Part shown: piece by piece, positions 1 through 9,002 of the stretch
Layout of the letters: each line of letters starts with the position of its first letter
Position numbering within the stretch: the stretch's first letter is position 1
Assembly: GCA_003153375.1 (NCBI GenBank)
Contig: PLYM01000056.1
Span: forward strand, 28,855 to 92,854
Direction of reading: 5' to 3'
DNA from: Planctomycetaceae bacterium
Lineage (GTDB): Bacteria; Planctomycetota; Planctomycetia; Pirellulales; PALSA-1355
DNA: 64,000 nt
Translations under genes and position numbers: made by a program
The notes under the pieces: model-generated
Told to the model about the DNA's origin: nothing
Databases searched by the model: none
Seen by the model: the letters and a program-made list of their open reading frames with translations, nothing else

Positions 1-2179
1 GGGCCATACGCTCTAGCAGCACCGATCGCTCCGGCGCTCCGGGCGCAATCAGCTTGGCGTCGGGCAACTCGAACTTGTGGTGCACTGGCGCTTCGTCGAA
101 TAGCTTGGTCTTGTCGCGCGGCGTGGAAAACTCCAATTCGATCTGCGCGTTGCCGCCGCCGGCCGACACGTGACACTGCGAACAGTTGGCGTGCAAGTAC
201 GATCGCGCGCGGGCTTCGAGATCAGCGTGCGGGTCCAGTGGATCGACCAGCTTCTCATATTGCTCCAGCGGCTTGGCCAGTTTCAGCAGTTCGAGATGCT
301 CGAGCGTGCGCAGTTGATTGTCGACCACGCCGCCGTAGTCGTGGTCGCGGTTCATCTGCGAATCGGTCAGCCCCAACACATAGTTGGCGGCGCGGCTGTG
401 GCAGACCATGCACTCGGCGCGGCCAGGCACGTGCCACGTGAGCGCGCGGGTGCTCGACGCGGCGGCGGGGTCGTGGATCACGAGCTCGCGATCCGTTCCG
501 GCCGCGTCGACCAACATGGCTTCGGTCTGGGCATCGTTCCACACATAGCTGTAACCGATCCATTCGCCTTGCTGACGCGTGAGCAAGCGCGTTTCGATCC
601 AGCGGCGCGCTGGGCCGGCGCTGGTGTCGACGTCGAGCGCGAACGATTTGACGAGCACCGTTTCGTCGGGAAACGTCCAGCCGCGCGCGCCCATGCCAAT
701 CGGATGTTTGGCGTCGGGGCGATGCGGAATTGCCAGGTAACGTTGCTTGCTGGCCCCATCGGACCACAGCGGCGCGATGACCGAATAGGGAATCAATCCC
801 GGCTGCGGCGTCAGCGGCGCGAGGGACTCGAACAGCCCGGTCTGGCTGAGCAGCCTGGGAAACTCGGGGCGCGGTTGGGCGGTGTCCGTTGGCTCGAAGG
901 TGTAGAACGCGCCCTGTTCCTTGCCCTGATAGTCGACGATGAGCAGCTCGCCGTGCGTGTCGGCGCCGAAGCCGACGAGTTGCAGCGTGGTGTCGGCCAG
1001 CTCGCGATGCCAGACGATGTTCGTGCCGTCGTGCTTCACGCCCCAGATCTTGCCGGTCGAGTAGTCGCCATAGATGTAGGCTCCCTGCAACTCGGGAAAC
1101 CGCGTGCCACGATAGACCACGCCGCCGGTGAGTGAGCGGGCTACCGAATGGTGATGTTCGACGGTTGGCTTGGTGAACGGCGTGGGACCGGGCTGGCGAT
1201 CGGGATAGAACGGATGGCTCCCCTCGAGCACGCTCCAGCCGTAGTTGTCGCCGCGCTGAACCAGGTACGCCTGCTCCCACAGGTCCTGGCCGTTGTTGCC
1301 GACCCAAATCTGCCCCGTCGGCCGGTCGACGGCCATCCGCCACGGATTGCGCAAGCCGTAGGCCCAAGTCTCCCCTCGGGCGCCAGGCGTGGCCAGGAAG
1401 GGATTATCCTTCGGCACCGAGTAGGCACGGCCCGCGTCCGGATGGTCGACGTCGATTCGCAACACCTTGGCCGTGAGCCGGGTGAGATCCTGACCCACGA
1501 CGTTGGTATCGGAGTCGGAGGTGCCGTCGCCCGAGGTGACGTACAGATAGCCATCGTTGCCAAACACCAGCGCGCCGCCGTTGTGGCCGTCGGAAGGCCA
1601 TTGGATGATCATGGTTTCCGACTTGGAATCGATCGCGTGCGGAGGTTCGCGATCCATCGTGTGGCGCGTCACGCGGGTCGTCTTGGCGGCCGACGGTCCG
1701 CCGCTGGGGCCGTTGCTACCGACGTAAACAAAGCCGTTGTGCGGAAAGTCGGGGTGAAACGTCAGGTCATACACCCCGGCGTCGATCTTGAGCAGCACCT
1801 CGAAATGGTCGACTTGTGGGTCGTCTGGAAAGCGAACGATGGAGGAGGGTCCCCCGGAGGTGTCGTGCGTGATCGTGATCAGTTGATCGCTGAGGGGCTG
1901 GCGTTCGACGGTGAGTGGCAGCGAAATCTTCAGGCCCGCGAAGACCCGCTTTACTTGGTAGGGCAGGGGCGGATCGGGCGAGCCCACGACGCGCGACGTG
2001 GTAAAGGGCACCAGCCGCTCGATGCCGAACGGCCGCGTGACCGCCGGCTCTTCGGCCGCGAGCAGTCGCGGGCTCGCCAGCAGGGCCAGCACGCCCCAGA
2101 GCAACAGGGCGCGCGGCCAGCGTGCGGAAATGCGCAGCAGCGCAAGCGGAAACAGATGCATGCGACGCGGTTGATTCAT
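1..2179 (-). CDS. PQQ-dependent sugar (glucose/sorbosone-type) dehydrogenase propeller fused to a C-terminal domain with two CxxCH motifs; the C-terminal end runs off the window
   Basis: This ORF is absent from the track because no stop lies in the window. My hand translation of the minus strand from ATG 2179 (alternative ATG 2161) stays open to position 2. It starts MNQPRRMHLFPLALLRISARWPRALLLWGVLALLA (signal-like). It then shows HPDFPHNGFVYV, GGALVFGNDGYLYVTSGDG, LRIDVDHP, YGLRNPWRMAVD and GDNYGWS, as in soluble PQQ sugar dehydrogenases. Next come ECMVCH and NCSQCH heme-c type motifs. The + strand ORFs 170..1135 and 1148..2254 are Arg/Gly-rich antisense shadows. Confidence 0.8.
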   Translation of the reverse strand, partial: MNQPRRMHLFPLALLRISARWPRALLLWGVLALLASPRLLAAEEPAVTRPFGIERLVPFTTSRVVGSPDPPLPYQVKRVFAGLKISLPLTVERQPLSDQLITITHDTSGGPSSIVRFPDDPQVDHFEVLLKIDAGVYDLTFHPDFPHNGFVYVGSNGPSGGPSAAKTTRVTRHTMDREPPHAIDSKSETMIIQWPSDGHNGGALVFGNDGYLYVTSGDGTSDSDTNVVGQDLTRLTAKVLRIDVDHPDAGRAYSVPKDNPFLATPGARGETWAYGLRNPWRMAVDRPTGQIWVGNNGQDLWEQAYLVQRGDNYGWSVLEGSHPFYPDRQPGPTPFTKPTVEHHHSVARSLTGGVVYRGTRFPELQGAYIYGDYSTGKIWGVKHDGTNIVWHRELADTTLQLVGFGADTHGELLIVDYQGKEQGAFYTFEPTDTAQPRPEFPRLLSQTGLFESLAPLTPQPGLIPYSVIAPLWSDGASKQRYLAIPHRPDAKHPIGMGARGWTFPDETVLVKSFALDVDTSAGPARRWIETRLLTRQQGEWIGYSYVWNDAQTEAMLVDAAGTDRELVIHDPAAASSTRALTWHVPGRAECMVCHSRAANYVLGLTDSQMNRDHDYGGVVDNQLRTLEHLELLKLAKPLEQYEKLVDPLDPHADLEARARSYLHANCSQCHVSAGGGNAQIELEFSTPRDKTKLFDEAPVHHKFELPDAKLIAPGAPERSVLLERMA

Positions 2180-2253
2180 GCCTCACACTATACCCGAGCG
2201 GTTGCCGGCGCCGCCACAAATCCGCTCGAAGTCGCGGGGTCTGATTCGCTATA

Positions 2254-3456
2254 ATGGGAGACCGACTCCAAAGAAAGCGCGGAATCGCAAGCGGCGGCGT
2301 TGGCTTTTCTCGTTCCGCTTCCTGGATGCGGAGGACCGTCGTGCAGCGGCAACTCCAATCGTCGATCGTGGCCTATCTCGGTGGGTCAGCGCTAGTGGGC
2401 ATCGCGGCGCTAATCACCTGGCTCGCGCCCGATCTGCGCGTGGCGCCGTTGCTGTATGTCGGGCCGATCATGTTCAGTGCCTGGCTGGCTGGCATGTGGC
2501 CGGCGATGTTTGCCACGGTGCTGTCGGTCGTGGCTCTCGACTACCTGATGCTCGAGCCGCGCTACGCGTTGGGCATCGTGAGCGCGAACGACGTTTTGGA
2601 CCTGACCATTTTCACCCTGATTGCGATCGTGACCAGTTGGCTGGCCAAGCAACGGCACCTGGCCGAGCAAAGCATGCAGCAGTTCGCCATGCAACTGCAA
2701 GAGGCTGACCGTCACAAGGACGAATTCCTGGCCGTCCTGGCGCACGAACTGCGCAACCCACTGGCGGCCATTCACTACTCCTCGCAATTGATCGAGTTGG
2801 ATCGCGAGTGCGAGCGCAACGAGAATCTGCAGTCCTCGTGCCGTGTGATTCGCGACCACGTCGACCAACTGACCGGCTTGATCGACGAGTTGCTCGACGT
2901 CGGCCGCATTCGCAGCGGCAAGATCGAGCTGGAGCGCGAAGTGGTCGATCTGCGCGCCGTGGTCAACGAGGCCTGCACCACCTGCAACCCGGCAATCCGC
3001 CAACGAAATCACGACCTCACTGTTTCGCAGCCGAGCGAACCCATCTGGCTCGACGCCGACCCGGCCCGGCTGCGGCAGGTCCTGGTCAATCTGCTGAACA
3101 ACGCGGCCAAGTACACCGACCCCGGCGGCCAGATCGAGGTGCTGGTGGATCGGGGCCGTGAGTTGGGTATCGTGCGGGTGCGCGACAACGGCGTGGGCAT
3201 TACCCAGGAGATGTTGCCGCGCGTGTTCGAGCTGTTCACCCAGGTCGACGCCACGCGCAACCGCTCGCAAGGCGGCCTGGGCATCGGCCTGTCGATCGTA
3301 CACCGCCTGGTCGAGATGCACGGCGGCACGATCGAAGCCCGCAGCGCTGGCCAGGGACTGGGGAGCGATTTTATCGTGCGATTGCCTGCGACCAGCGGCC
3401 CGCCGCCGGCCAAGGTCGCGCGGGCCGTGCCCAAGGAAGTCCCAGCAACGCCTTAA
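2254..3456 (+). CDS. Sensor histidine kinase (DUF4118-like membrane N-terminus, HisKA + HATPase_c); no response regulator adjacent
   Basis: 400-aa ORF. The hydrophobic N-terminal segments (ALVGIAALITWL, LLYVGPIMFSAWLAGMWPAMFATVLSVVAL, LTIFTLIAIVTSWL) resemble the KdpD-type DUF4118 module. H-box FLAVLAHELRNPL, N-box LVNLLNNAAKY, G1 VRDNGVGI and G2 GGLGIGLSIV are present. The start is uncertain (ATG 2254 or ATG 2326). Confidence 0.85.
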   Translation: MGDRLQRKRGIASGGVGFSRSASWMRRTVVQRQLQSSIVAYLGGSALVGIAALITWLAPDLRVAPLLYVGPIMFSAWLAGMWPAMFATVLSVVALDYLMLEPRYALGIVSANDVLDLTIFTLIAIVTSWLAKQRHLAEQSMQQFAMQLQEADRHKDEFLAVLAHELRNPLAAIHYSSQLIELDRECERNENLQSSCRVIRDHVDQLTGLIDELLDVGRIRSGKIELEREVVDLRAVVNEACTTCNPAIRQRNHDLTVSQPSEPIWLDADPARLRQVLVNLLNNAAKYTDPGGQIEVLVDRGRELGIVRVRDNGVGITQEMLPRVFELFTQVDATRNRSQGGLGIGLSIVHRLVEMHGGTIEARSAGQGLGSDFIVRLPATSGPPPAKVARAVPKEVPATP

Positions 3457-3501
3457 ACGGACTCGTCAGGCGCCGGGTCGATTGGGTACAAAGCGGAATG
3501 C

Positions 3502-5253
3502 ATGCACGACGCGCACCTGATTTTGACGCTTGCCGGCTGCCTGGCCACGGCGCTCGCCTTTGGCTATATCACCCAGCGGCTGGGACTCTCGCCGATTGTG
3601 GGCTATCTGTTGGCCGGCGTGGCCGTGGGGCCGCACACACCCGGTTTCGAGGCCAATGCCCAGCTGGCCGAGCAACTGGCCGAAGTGGGCGTGATCCTGC
3701 TGATGTTCGGCGTGGGGCTGCACTTCCACCTCAGCGAACTGCTGGCCGTGCGGCGGATTGCCATTCCCGGCGCGCTGGGTCAGAGCCTGGTGGCCACGGC
3801 CCTAGGGGCGATCGCAGGCTGGAGCTTTGGCTGGGGCTGGGAAGCGGGCATCGTCTTTGGCCTGGCCGTGGCCGTGGCCAGCACCGTCGTGCTGCTCAGA
3901 ATTCTGGCCGACAACCACAATCTGCACACGCCCACCGGCCACATCGCCGTGGGTTGGCTGGTGGTCGAGGACGTCTTTACGGTCGTCGTGCTGGTGTTGT
4001 TGCCGGCCGTGTTCGGACCGCGGGCCGGTGGCCTGCTGCAACTGCCGCTGGCGGTGGGGATTGCCCTGCTGAAGATCGGCGCGCTGGTGGCGTTCACGTT
4101 GATCGGCGGCAGTCGCTTGATTCCCTGGCTGCTGCGCAAGGTGGCGGCGACGCGTTCGCAGGAACTGTTCACGCTGACGATTCTGGTCGTGGCCCTGGGC
4201 ATCGCGGTGGGGGCCACCGAGTTGTTTGGCGTGTCGATGGCGCTGGGCGCGTTTCTGGCTGGGATGGTCGTGGGCCAATCGGATTTCAGTTTGCGGGCAG
4301 CGGCCGAGGCCCTGCCGATGCGCGACGCCTTCGCGGTCTTGTTCTTCGTTTCGGTCGGCATGCTGTTCGATCCGCGATACCTGATCGCCTCGCCGGGAAT
4401 CCTGGCCGTGACGCTGGCGATTATCGTGCTCGGCAAATCGCTGGTGGCGCTAGTGATCGTGCTTTCGCTCGCCTACCCGTTGAAGGTCGCGCTGTCGATT
4501 GCCGTGGCCCTGGCGCAGATTGGCGAGTTCTCGTTCATCCTCGCGGGCGTGGGCAAGGACCTGGGAGTACTGAACGATGCCGCCTCGCAAACCCTGGTGG
4601 CCGCGGCGATGTGCTCGATCACGCTCAACCCGATCCTGTATCGGGTGGTCGATCCGCTGTCGCGTTGGGCCGGTGAGCGCGCCTGGCTGCGATGGTTGTT
4701 CGCGGCCGCCGTACCGGCACGCACGCGCGGTCTGGCGAGCGATCAGGACTCTGACGAAACCGAGCCACCAGGGCACGCGGTAGTGATCGGCTATGGTCCG
4801 ATCGGCCGCTCGTTGGCGCGACTGCTGGGCGATCAAGGGACGCGGACGACCATCGTGGAAATGAATCTGAACACGATCGAGCAGTTGCGCGCCCAGGGCC
4901 TGGAGGCCGTCTACGGCGACGCGACGCATCGGGCGACGCTCGCTGCGGCCGGTATCGAGCACGCCCAGACGCTGGTGCTGAGCGCCAGCGGATTGTCGGC
5001 GGCCGAGGGAATCGTGCGGATGGCGCGAGAGATGAATCCCGAAGTGCGGGTCGTGGTACGGGCCAGCTACCTGCGTGAGAGCCCCAAATTGTTGCGGGCC
5101 GGCGCGGCGCAGGTTTTTACGGGCGAGGGGCAGGTGGCGGTGGCCATGGCCGATTTTCTGCTGCGCGAGCAGGGCGCGAGCGACGAGGAAATCGACCGCG
5201 AGTGCCGCCGGGTGCAGGCCGAACTGGCTGATTTGCCGCCAGGCAGTCGTTAA
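3502..5253 (+). CDS. Monovalent cation:proton antiporter-2 (CPA2, KefB/YbaL-like) with C-terminal RCK/TrkA-N domain
   Basis: 583-aa ORF with about 12 hydrophobic helices. A cytoplasmic tail follows, with the Rossmann motif VVIGYGPIGRSLARLL and the downstream segment EAVYGDATH. This is the typical Na_H_exchanger + TrkA_N architecture. Confidence 0.85.
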   Translation: MHDAHLILTLAGCLATALAFGYITQRLGLSPIVGYLLAGVAVGPHTPGFEANAQLAEQLAEVGVILLMFGVGLHFHLSELLAVRRIAIPGALGQSLVATALGAIAGWSFGWGWEAGIVFGLAVAVASTVVLLRILADNHNLHTPTGHIAVGWLVVEDVFTVVVLVLLPAVFGPRAGGLLQLPLAVGIALLKIGALVAFTLIGGSRLIPWLLRKVAATRSQELFTLTILVVALGIAVGATELFGVSMALGAFLAGMVVGQSDFSLRAAAEALPMRDAFAVLFFVSVGMLFDPRYLIASPGILAVTLAIIVLGKSLVALVIVLSLAYPLKVALSIAVALAQIGEFSFILAGVGKDLGVLNDAASQTLVAAAMCSITLNPILYRVVDPLSRWAGERAWLRWLFAAAVPARTRGLASDQDSDETEPPGHAVVIGYGPIGRSLARLLGDQGTRTTIVEMNLNTIEQLRAQGLEAVYGDATHRATLAAAGIEHAQTLVLSASGLSAAEGIVRMAREMNPEVRVVVRASYLRESPKLLRAGAAQVFTGEGQVAVAMADFLLREQGASDEEIDRECRRVQAELADLPPGSR

Positions 5254-5313
5254 ACTGAGTGCGGCGACGATCGCAAGCGGCGAAAACCATCCCCCGCACC
5301 GCGAGGTGTCGAC

Positions 5314-5769
5314 ATGGCTAAGAAAAAGTCGTGGCAAGAAAAGTTGCAGGACAGCAAGGACCTGCCCAAGATCGCCAAGATCACCGGCCGCATGCAAACC
5401 CGCTGGGGCCGCGGCACCTGCGTGATTCCCGCTCCGCTCGAGGGCGCCGCGTGCCCAAGGGCAAGCTGGTAACGATCAACGAAATTCGCGCCCACCTGGC
5501 CCAGCATCGGGCCACGATCGGCTGTCCGATCACGACCGGCATCTTCGCCTGGATCGCCGCCCATGCGGCCGCCGAAGCCAAGCAGCGAGGGCAAGAAACG
5601 CATCACCCCCTACTGGCGGACGCTCAAAAGCGATGGCGAACTGAACGCCAAATATCCCGGCGGCGTGGCTGACCTGAGAGCCCGGCTGGAAGCGGAAGGC
5701 CATCGGGTTGTGCAGCGTGGCAAGCGCGTGGTGGTGGTTGATTTTGAAAAGGCACTGGCACGGCTATAA
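5314..5769 (+). pseudogene. MGMT-family (alkyltransferase-like DNA-binding domain) small protein, disrupted by two frameshifts
   Basis: Three consecutive pieces read as one protein of a family I recall as about 150-aa 'MGMT family protein'. Piece 1 is the frame of 5314: MAKKKSWQEKLQDSKDLPKIAKITGRMQTRWGRGTCVIPAPLE, which then runs into a stop at 5470. Piece 2 is the frame of 5331, from about 5445: RRVPKGKLVTINEIRAHLAQHRATIGCPITTGIFAWIAAHAAAEAKQ. Piece 3 returns to the first frame from about 5587: EGKKRITPYWRTLKSDGELNAKYPGGVADLRARLEAEGHRVVQRGKRVVVVDFEKALARL, ending at stop 5767-5769. The frame switches lie at about 5441-5448 and about 5583-5590. Confidence 0.5.
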
Positions 5770-5813
5770 ATTGCGCGAGGCCGTTCGTGATCGGCAGCGC
5801 CCGAGCGGCGCGA

Positions 5814-6197
5814 TCAGCTTGCCGGCGGTTTGACGAGCCACGAGCGCGAGCCCATCGTCAGGTAGATCGATTCTTCCTGCATGCGGCCGCACATCTCGGA
5901 GAGGAAGTTGAGAAACTCAACGGCTTTCTCGCGGCCCGAGAACGAGACTTCGTAGCGCTGGTGCAGATCGGTGAACACCTTCTGGCCATCGCCCGCGGTC
6001 CATTCGCCGCGGATGTGGCTTTCTTCGTGCGTCAGTCCGCCGAACTTGCGGAGAAAGAATTCGTCGAAGATCTGAGTCGGCGTGCGACCGTCGCGACCGT
6101 ATTGCGGATCGCTCATCTTGTGTGCTGGCACGTAGAAGGTCGCGATGCGGCCCAGGGGGACGAGGAAGGGAAGGTCACGCAAGCTGTCGTATTTCAT
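5814..6197 (-). CDS. Hypothetical protein (127 aa), family not recognised
   Basis: ORF 5814..6305 trimmed to the internal ATG at 6197 (MKYDSLRDLPFLVPLG...), because the upstream part overlaps the small zinc-ribbon ORF. The composition is balanced and non-repetitive (FDEFFLRKFGGLTHEESHIRGEW..., AVEFLNFLSEMCGRMQEESIYL), with G/C-rich third codon positions. Confidence 0.5.
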   Translation of the reverse strand: MKYDSLRDLPFLVPLGRIATFYVPAHKMSDPQYGRDGRTPTQIFDEFFLRKFGGLTHEESHIRGEWTAGDGQKVFTDLHQRYEVSFSGREKAVEFLNFLSEMCGRMQEESIYLTMGSRSWLVKPPAS

Positions 6198-6255
6198 GGC
6201 AGACACGGCATCAGGAAAGGTTCTCGCGACCGCGCAACGTGGCTCCGAGCCTGCC

Positions 6256-6417
6256 TCAGCCGCGGCCTCCTTCGCAGCACGTTTCGCAAATCGTGTGACA
6301 CACATCGCACACCAGCTTGCCGCGAATCTCGATCAGATGTCCGCCACACACCGGGCAAACGGTCCGGCAGGCCGTGCGCTGATCGGACTCGATAGGAAAC
6401 GGCTGATCGTCGTGCAT
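6256..6417 (-). CDS. Small zinc-ribbon protein (53 aa), below the ORF-track size cut-off
   Basis: Hand translation of the minus strand from ATG 6417 to TGA 6258-6256 gives MHDDQPFPIESDQRTACRTVCPVCGGHLIEIRGKLVCDVCHTICETCCEGGRG. It has CPxCG ... CxxC knuckles plus a C-terminal CxxCC. It lies 58 nt upstream of, and co-directional with, the 127-aa ORF. Confidence 0.4.
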   Translation of the reverse strand: MHDDQPFPIESDQRTACRTVCPVCGGHLIEIRGKLVCDVCHTICETCCEGGRG

Positions 6418-6633
6418 GGCGCGCGCTCGCAAAAGCCTGGGAATGAAGCCCCTGGCAGCTTCCTGTTGGGGGGCCTAGCCAATCCTAACGGTGACTGCCC
6501 GAGCGTCAAGGCGAATAGGCCGTGGGCGCCTTGGTGCGTGCGCTGCTGTCGCGTAAAATTCGCGAAGACTTCGCGCGTTCCTGCGCGGTCCCGCCGGGTC
6601 ATTTCCGGCTTTATCGCCCCGCTCGTGGCCCGC

Positions 6634-8241
6634 ATGTCCATTCGCCTTTCGAATCTCCGCCTGCAGATTGACGAGCCCGAGCTGGCCTTGCTAGGCCGCG
6701 CGGCGGCGGCGCTGGACGTGCGGCCGACGGACATCGAACGCTGGCGGATTTTGCGCCGCAGCCTCGACCTGCGCGACAAATCGCAGATCGCGTACGTCTA
6801 CTCGCTCGAAGTGGCGCTACCGGAGGGCGAGAGCCGACTGGCCGAGCGCGCGGCGCGGCGCTCGACGGGCATCACGGCCGAGCAATACCTGGAACCGCCC
6901 TTCGAAATGCCCACGCCGGGCAACGAACCGCTCGGGGAGCGCCCGGTGGTGGTTGGGTCCGGGCCGGCCGGCGTGTTCGCGGCCTACTTTCTGGCGCAGC
7001 ACGGTTATCGACCGCTGGTACTGGAACGCGGGCGCGAGGTGCGCGAGCGGATCGCCGACATGCGGGCATTCGACGACGGCGGACCGCACAACCCCGAGAG
7101 CAACTATCTGTTCGGCGAAGGGGGCGCAGGCACCTTCAGCGACGGCAAGTTGACCTGCCGCAGCTCGGGCCCCGACGTGCGCCGTGTGCTCGAAGTGTTC
7201 GCCGAGTGCAAAGGCAAGCCGTCGATTCTGTACGATCATCGCCCCCACTTGGGCAGCAACCGCTTGCCGGCCGTCGTCAAAGCCCTCCGCCAGCGGATCA
7301 TCGAGATGGGCGGCGAGTTTCGCTTCGAGTGCCGGATGGAAGATTTGGACCTGGCCGACGGCGCGGTGCGCGGGCTGGTCACTTCGTCGGGTTATCTGCC
7401 GACGCGGCTGCTGGTGCTGGCCATCGGCCATAGTGCCCGCGATACCTATGAGATGCTGTTCGGCCACGGCATTTCGATGGTGGCCAAGCCATTTCAAATT
7501 GGCGTGCGCATCGAGCAGCCGCAAGAGCAGGTCAACCGCGTGCAATATGGCGCGGCGCGGCTGGAAGACAAACTGGGCGCCGCCGACTATTCGCTCGTGG
7601 CTCGCGGTCCGACCAACGTATTTACGTTCTGCATGTGCGCCGGCGGCCACGTGATGCCGAGCGTCTCGGAGCCGGGACACTTCTGCACCAACGGCATGAG
7701 CCTTTCGAAGCGCGATTCGCGGTTCGCCAACAGCGGCCTGATGATCACGCTCGAAACCGATCAGTTCGGCTCCGCGCACCCCTTGGCCGGCATGATGCTC
7801 CAACGGAAGTTCGAGCGGCGAGCGTTCGAAGCGGGGCGGGGCGAGTTTCTCTGTCCGATCCAGGGAGCCGAGGATTTCCTGCGGCAGCGGCCCACGACGA
7901 AGATTCCGCCGTCCAGCTACCCGCGCGGCGTGATCACGACCGACCTGGCCCAATTGGTGCCGGCGCCGGTGGTGGCGGCCCTGTTGCACGGCTTGCCGCT
8001 GTTGGATCGGCGCTGGCGGGGCGAGTTTCTGCGCGAGGCGACGCTGGTTGGGCCCGAAGCCCGCGGCAGCGCTCCGGTGCGGTTCCCCCGCGACGAACAT
8101 TCGCTCGAGAGTCCCGGCGCCCGTGGGCTCTATCCGGTGGGAGAAGGCGCCGGCTATGCCGGGGGCATCGTCAGCGCGGCGCTCGATGGTTTGCGCGCCG
8201 CCAAGGCGATCATCCGGCGTTACGCGCCGCTGGAGCGCTGA
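6634..8241 (+). CDS. NAD(P)/FAD-dependent oxidoreductase (COG2509-type uncharacterised FAD dehydrogenase)
   Basis: ORF 6145..8241 trimmed to ATG 6634 (MSIRLSNLRLQIDEPELALL..RRSLDLRDKSQIAYVYSLEV, the usual N-terminus of this family). The longer extension is Arg/Ala-rich and overlaps the divergent genes. Supporting motifs are the dinucleotide fold VVVGSGPAGVFAAYFLAQHGYRPLVLERG, then GEGGAGTFSDGKL and the C-terminal GLYPVGEGAGYAGGIVSAALDG. Confidence 0.85.
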   Translation: MSIRLSNLRLQIDEPELALLGRAAAALDVRPTDIERWRILRRSLDLRDKSQIAYVYSLEVALPEGESRLAERAARRSTGITAEQYLEPPFEMPTPGNEPLGERPVVVGSGPAGVFAAYFLAQHGYRPLVLERGREVRERIADMRAFDDGGPHNPESNYLFGEGGAGTFSDGKLTCRSSGPDVRRVLEVFAECKGKPSILYDHRPHLGSNRLPAVVKALRQRIIEMGGEFRFECRMEDLDLADGAVRGLVTSSGYLPTRLLVLAIGHSARDTYEMLFGHGISMVAKPFQIGVRIEQPQEQVNRVQYGAARLEDKLGAADYSLVARGPTNVFTFCMCAGGHVMPSVSEPGHFCTNGMSLSKRDSRFANSGLMITLETDQFGSAHPLAGMMLQRKFERRAFEAGRGEFLCPIQGAEDFLRQRPTTKIPPSSYPRGVITTDLAQLVPAPVVAALLHGLPLLDRRWRGEFLREATLVGPEARGSAPVRFPRDEHSLESPGARGLYPVGEGAGYAGGIVSAALDGLRAAKAIIRRYAPLER

Positions 8242-8494
8242 GCGAGCCGCGCACGGGGTCGACCACTTCGATGCGGTTGATGACTTCGACGACGCCGTCG
8301 ACGCGCGACACGATCGATTCGGCGAACTGCTTCAACTGACCCAGCGGCACGGGGCCGCGCACGGTCAGGATGCCGCGATCGAACTGGCAACGCAGCGATC
8401 GAAGGAAAAAGTAGGGGCTTTCTCGCAAACGCCGCTCGGCGATCTCGCCAACGTTCGACGGCGCTACCTGAGTCGAAATGGGCAGAATCTGCAT
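8210..8494 (-). CDS. BON-domain protein (94 aa)
   Basis: ORF 8210..8719 trimmed to ATG 8494: MQILPISTQVAPSNVGEIAERRLRESPYFFLRSLRCQFDRGILTVRGPVPLGQLKQFAESIVSRVDGVVEVINRIEV. The pattern (G.L.L.G.V......A...V..V.GV..V.N.I.V) is BON-like. The upstream 75 codons are compositionally non-coding. The 3' end overlaps the convergent oxidoreductase by 32 nt. Confidence 0.6.
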   Translation of the reverse strand: MQILPISTQVAPSNVGEIAERRLRESPYFFLRSLRCQFDRGILTVRGPVPLGQLKQFAESIVSRVDGVVEVINRIEVVDPVRGSLSAPAARNAG

Positions 8495-9002
8495 GGCACT
8501 AGCTCTAGGGGGGAAGACCTGGGGTGCTGCGGCGACCGGCAACGCACGGGTCTGCGGGTTGCCGAAATCTTGCGGCCATTGCGGGCACTGCCAGCGGCCG
8601 ACGTTGTCGCTCGAAGGTCCTCCTCTTATCGACCGGCCATCGGCAAAACTCCAATGATTGCCGGTCTGACTTACCGTCTGCCCAGCCCCGCATCGGGCAG
8701 AGCGTTTCTTCGTTTTCAAGGCCCCGGCGGTTACGATGAGGTTAATCCCAATGACCTGTCGAAATCGTCAGGTCGCAGGCAGCCAGCTCCAGAAATCTCC
8801 ACGCATCCTCTCGCGGATAAATCAAATCTTACGCAAACGGCATGCGTCGCCCGGGCCGCGCAAGCTGTTCGTCAAGCCCCCGTGGTACTCTGGCACTGAT
8901 CGCCGATTGATGGTTGCGGCGGGCCCCTGGGTGCCGGCACAATTGGCGATGCGGCTCAAGCCGCTAAAATCGCTATGCTCAGGCAAACCTTGAAGGAATG
9001 GC

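Noticed and set aside
170-2254. Two long + strand ORFs (170..1135, 321 aa; 1148..2254, 368 aa) and several minus-strand ORFs in other frames
   Set aside because: All are Arg/Gly/Ala/Pro-rich with no motifs. The edge-truncated minus-strand frame translates into a clean PQQ-dehydrogenase/cytochrome protein across the whole interval, so these are antisense or off-frame shadows of a high-GC gene.
6145-6633. N-terminal 163-codon extension of the oxidoreductase ORF (and analogous extensions 9955..10152, 24451..24522, 28384..28521, 34631-strand 35387..35587, 44861..45031, 46827..47003, 49220..49327)
   Set aside because: The extensions overlap neighbouring genes or divergent promoters and are compositionally non-coding. 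Internal starts give canonical family N-termini or signal peptides.
8210-8241. 32-nt convergent overlap of the oxidoreductase and BON-domain genes (and the 32-nt MoxR/DUF58 overlap at 54921-54952)
   Set aside because: Short 3'-3' and 3'-5' overlaps are common in compact genomes. Nothing suggests recoding or regulation.
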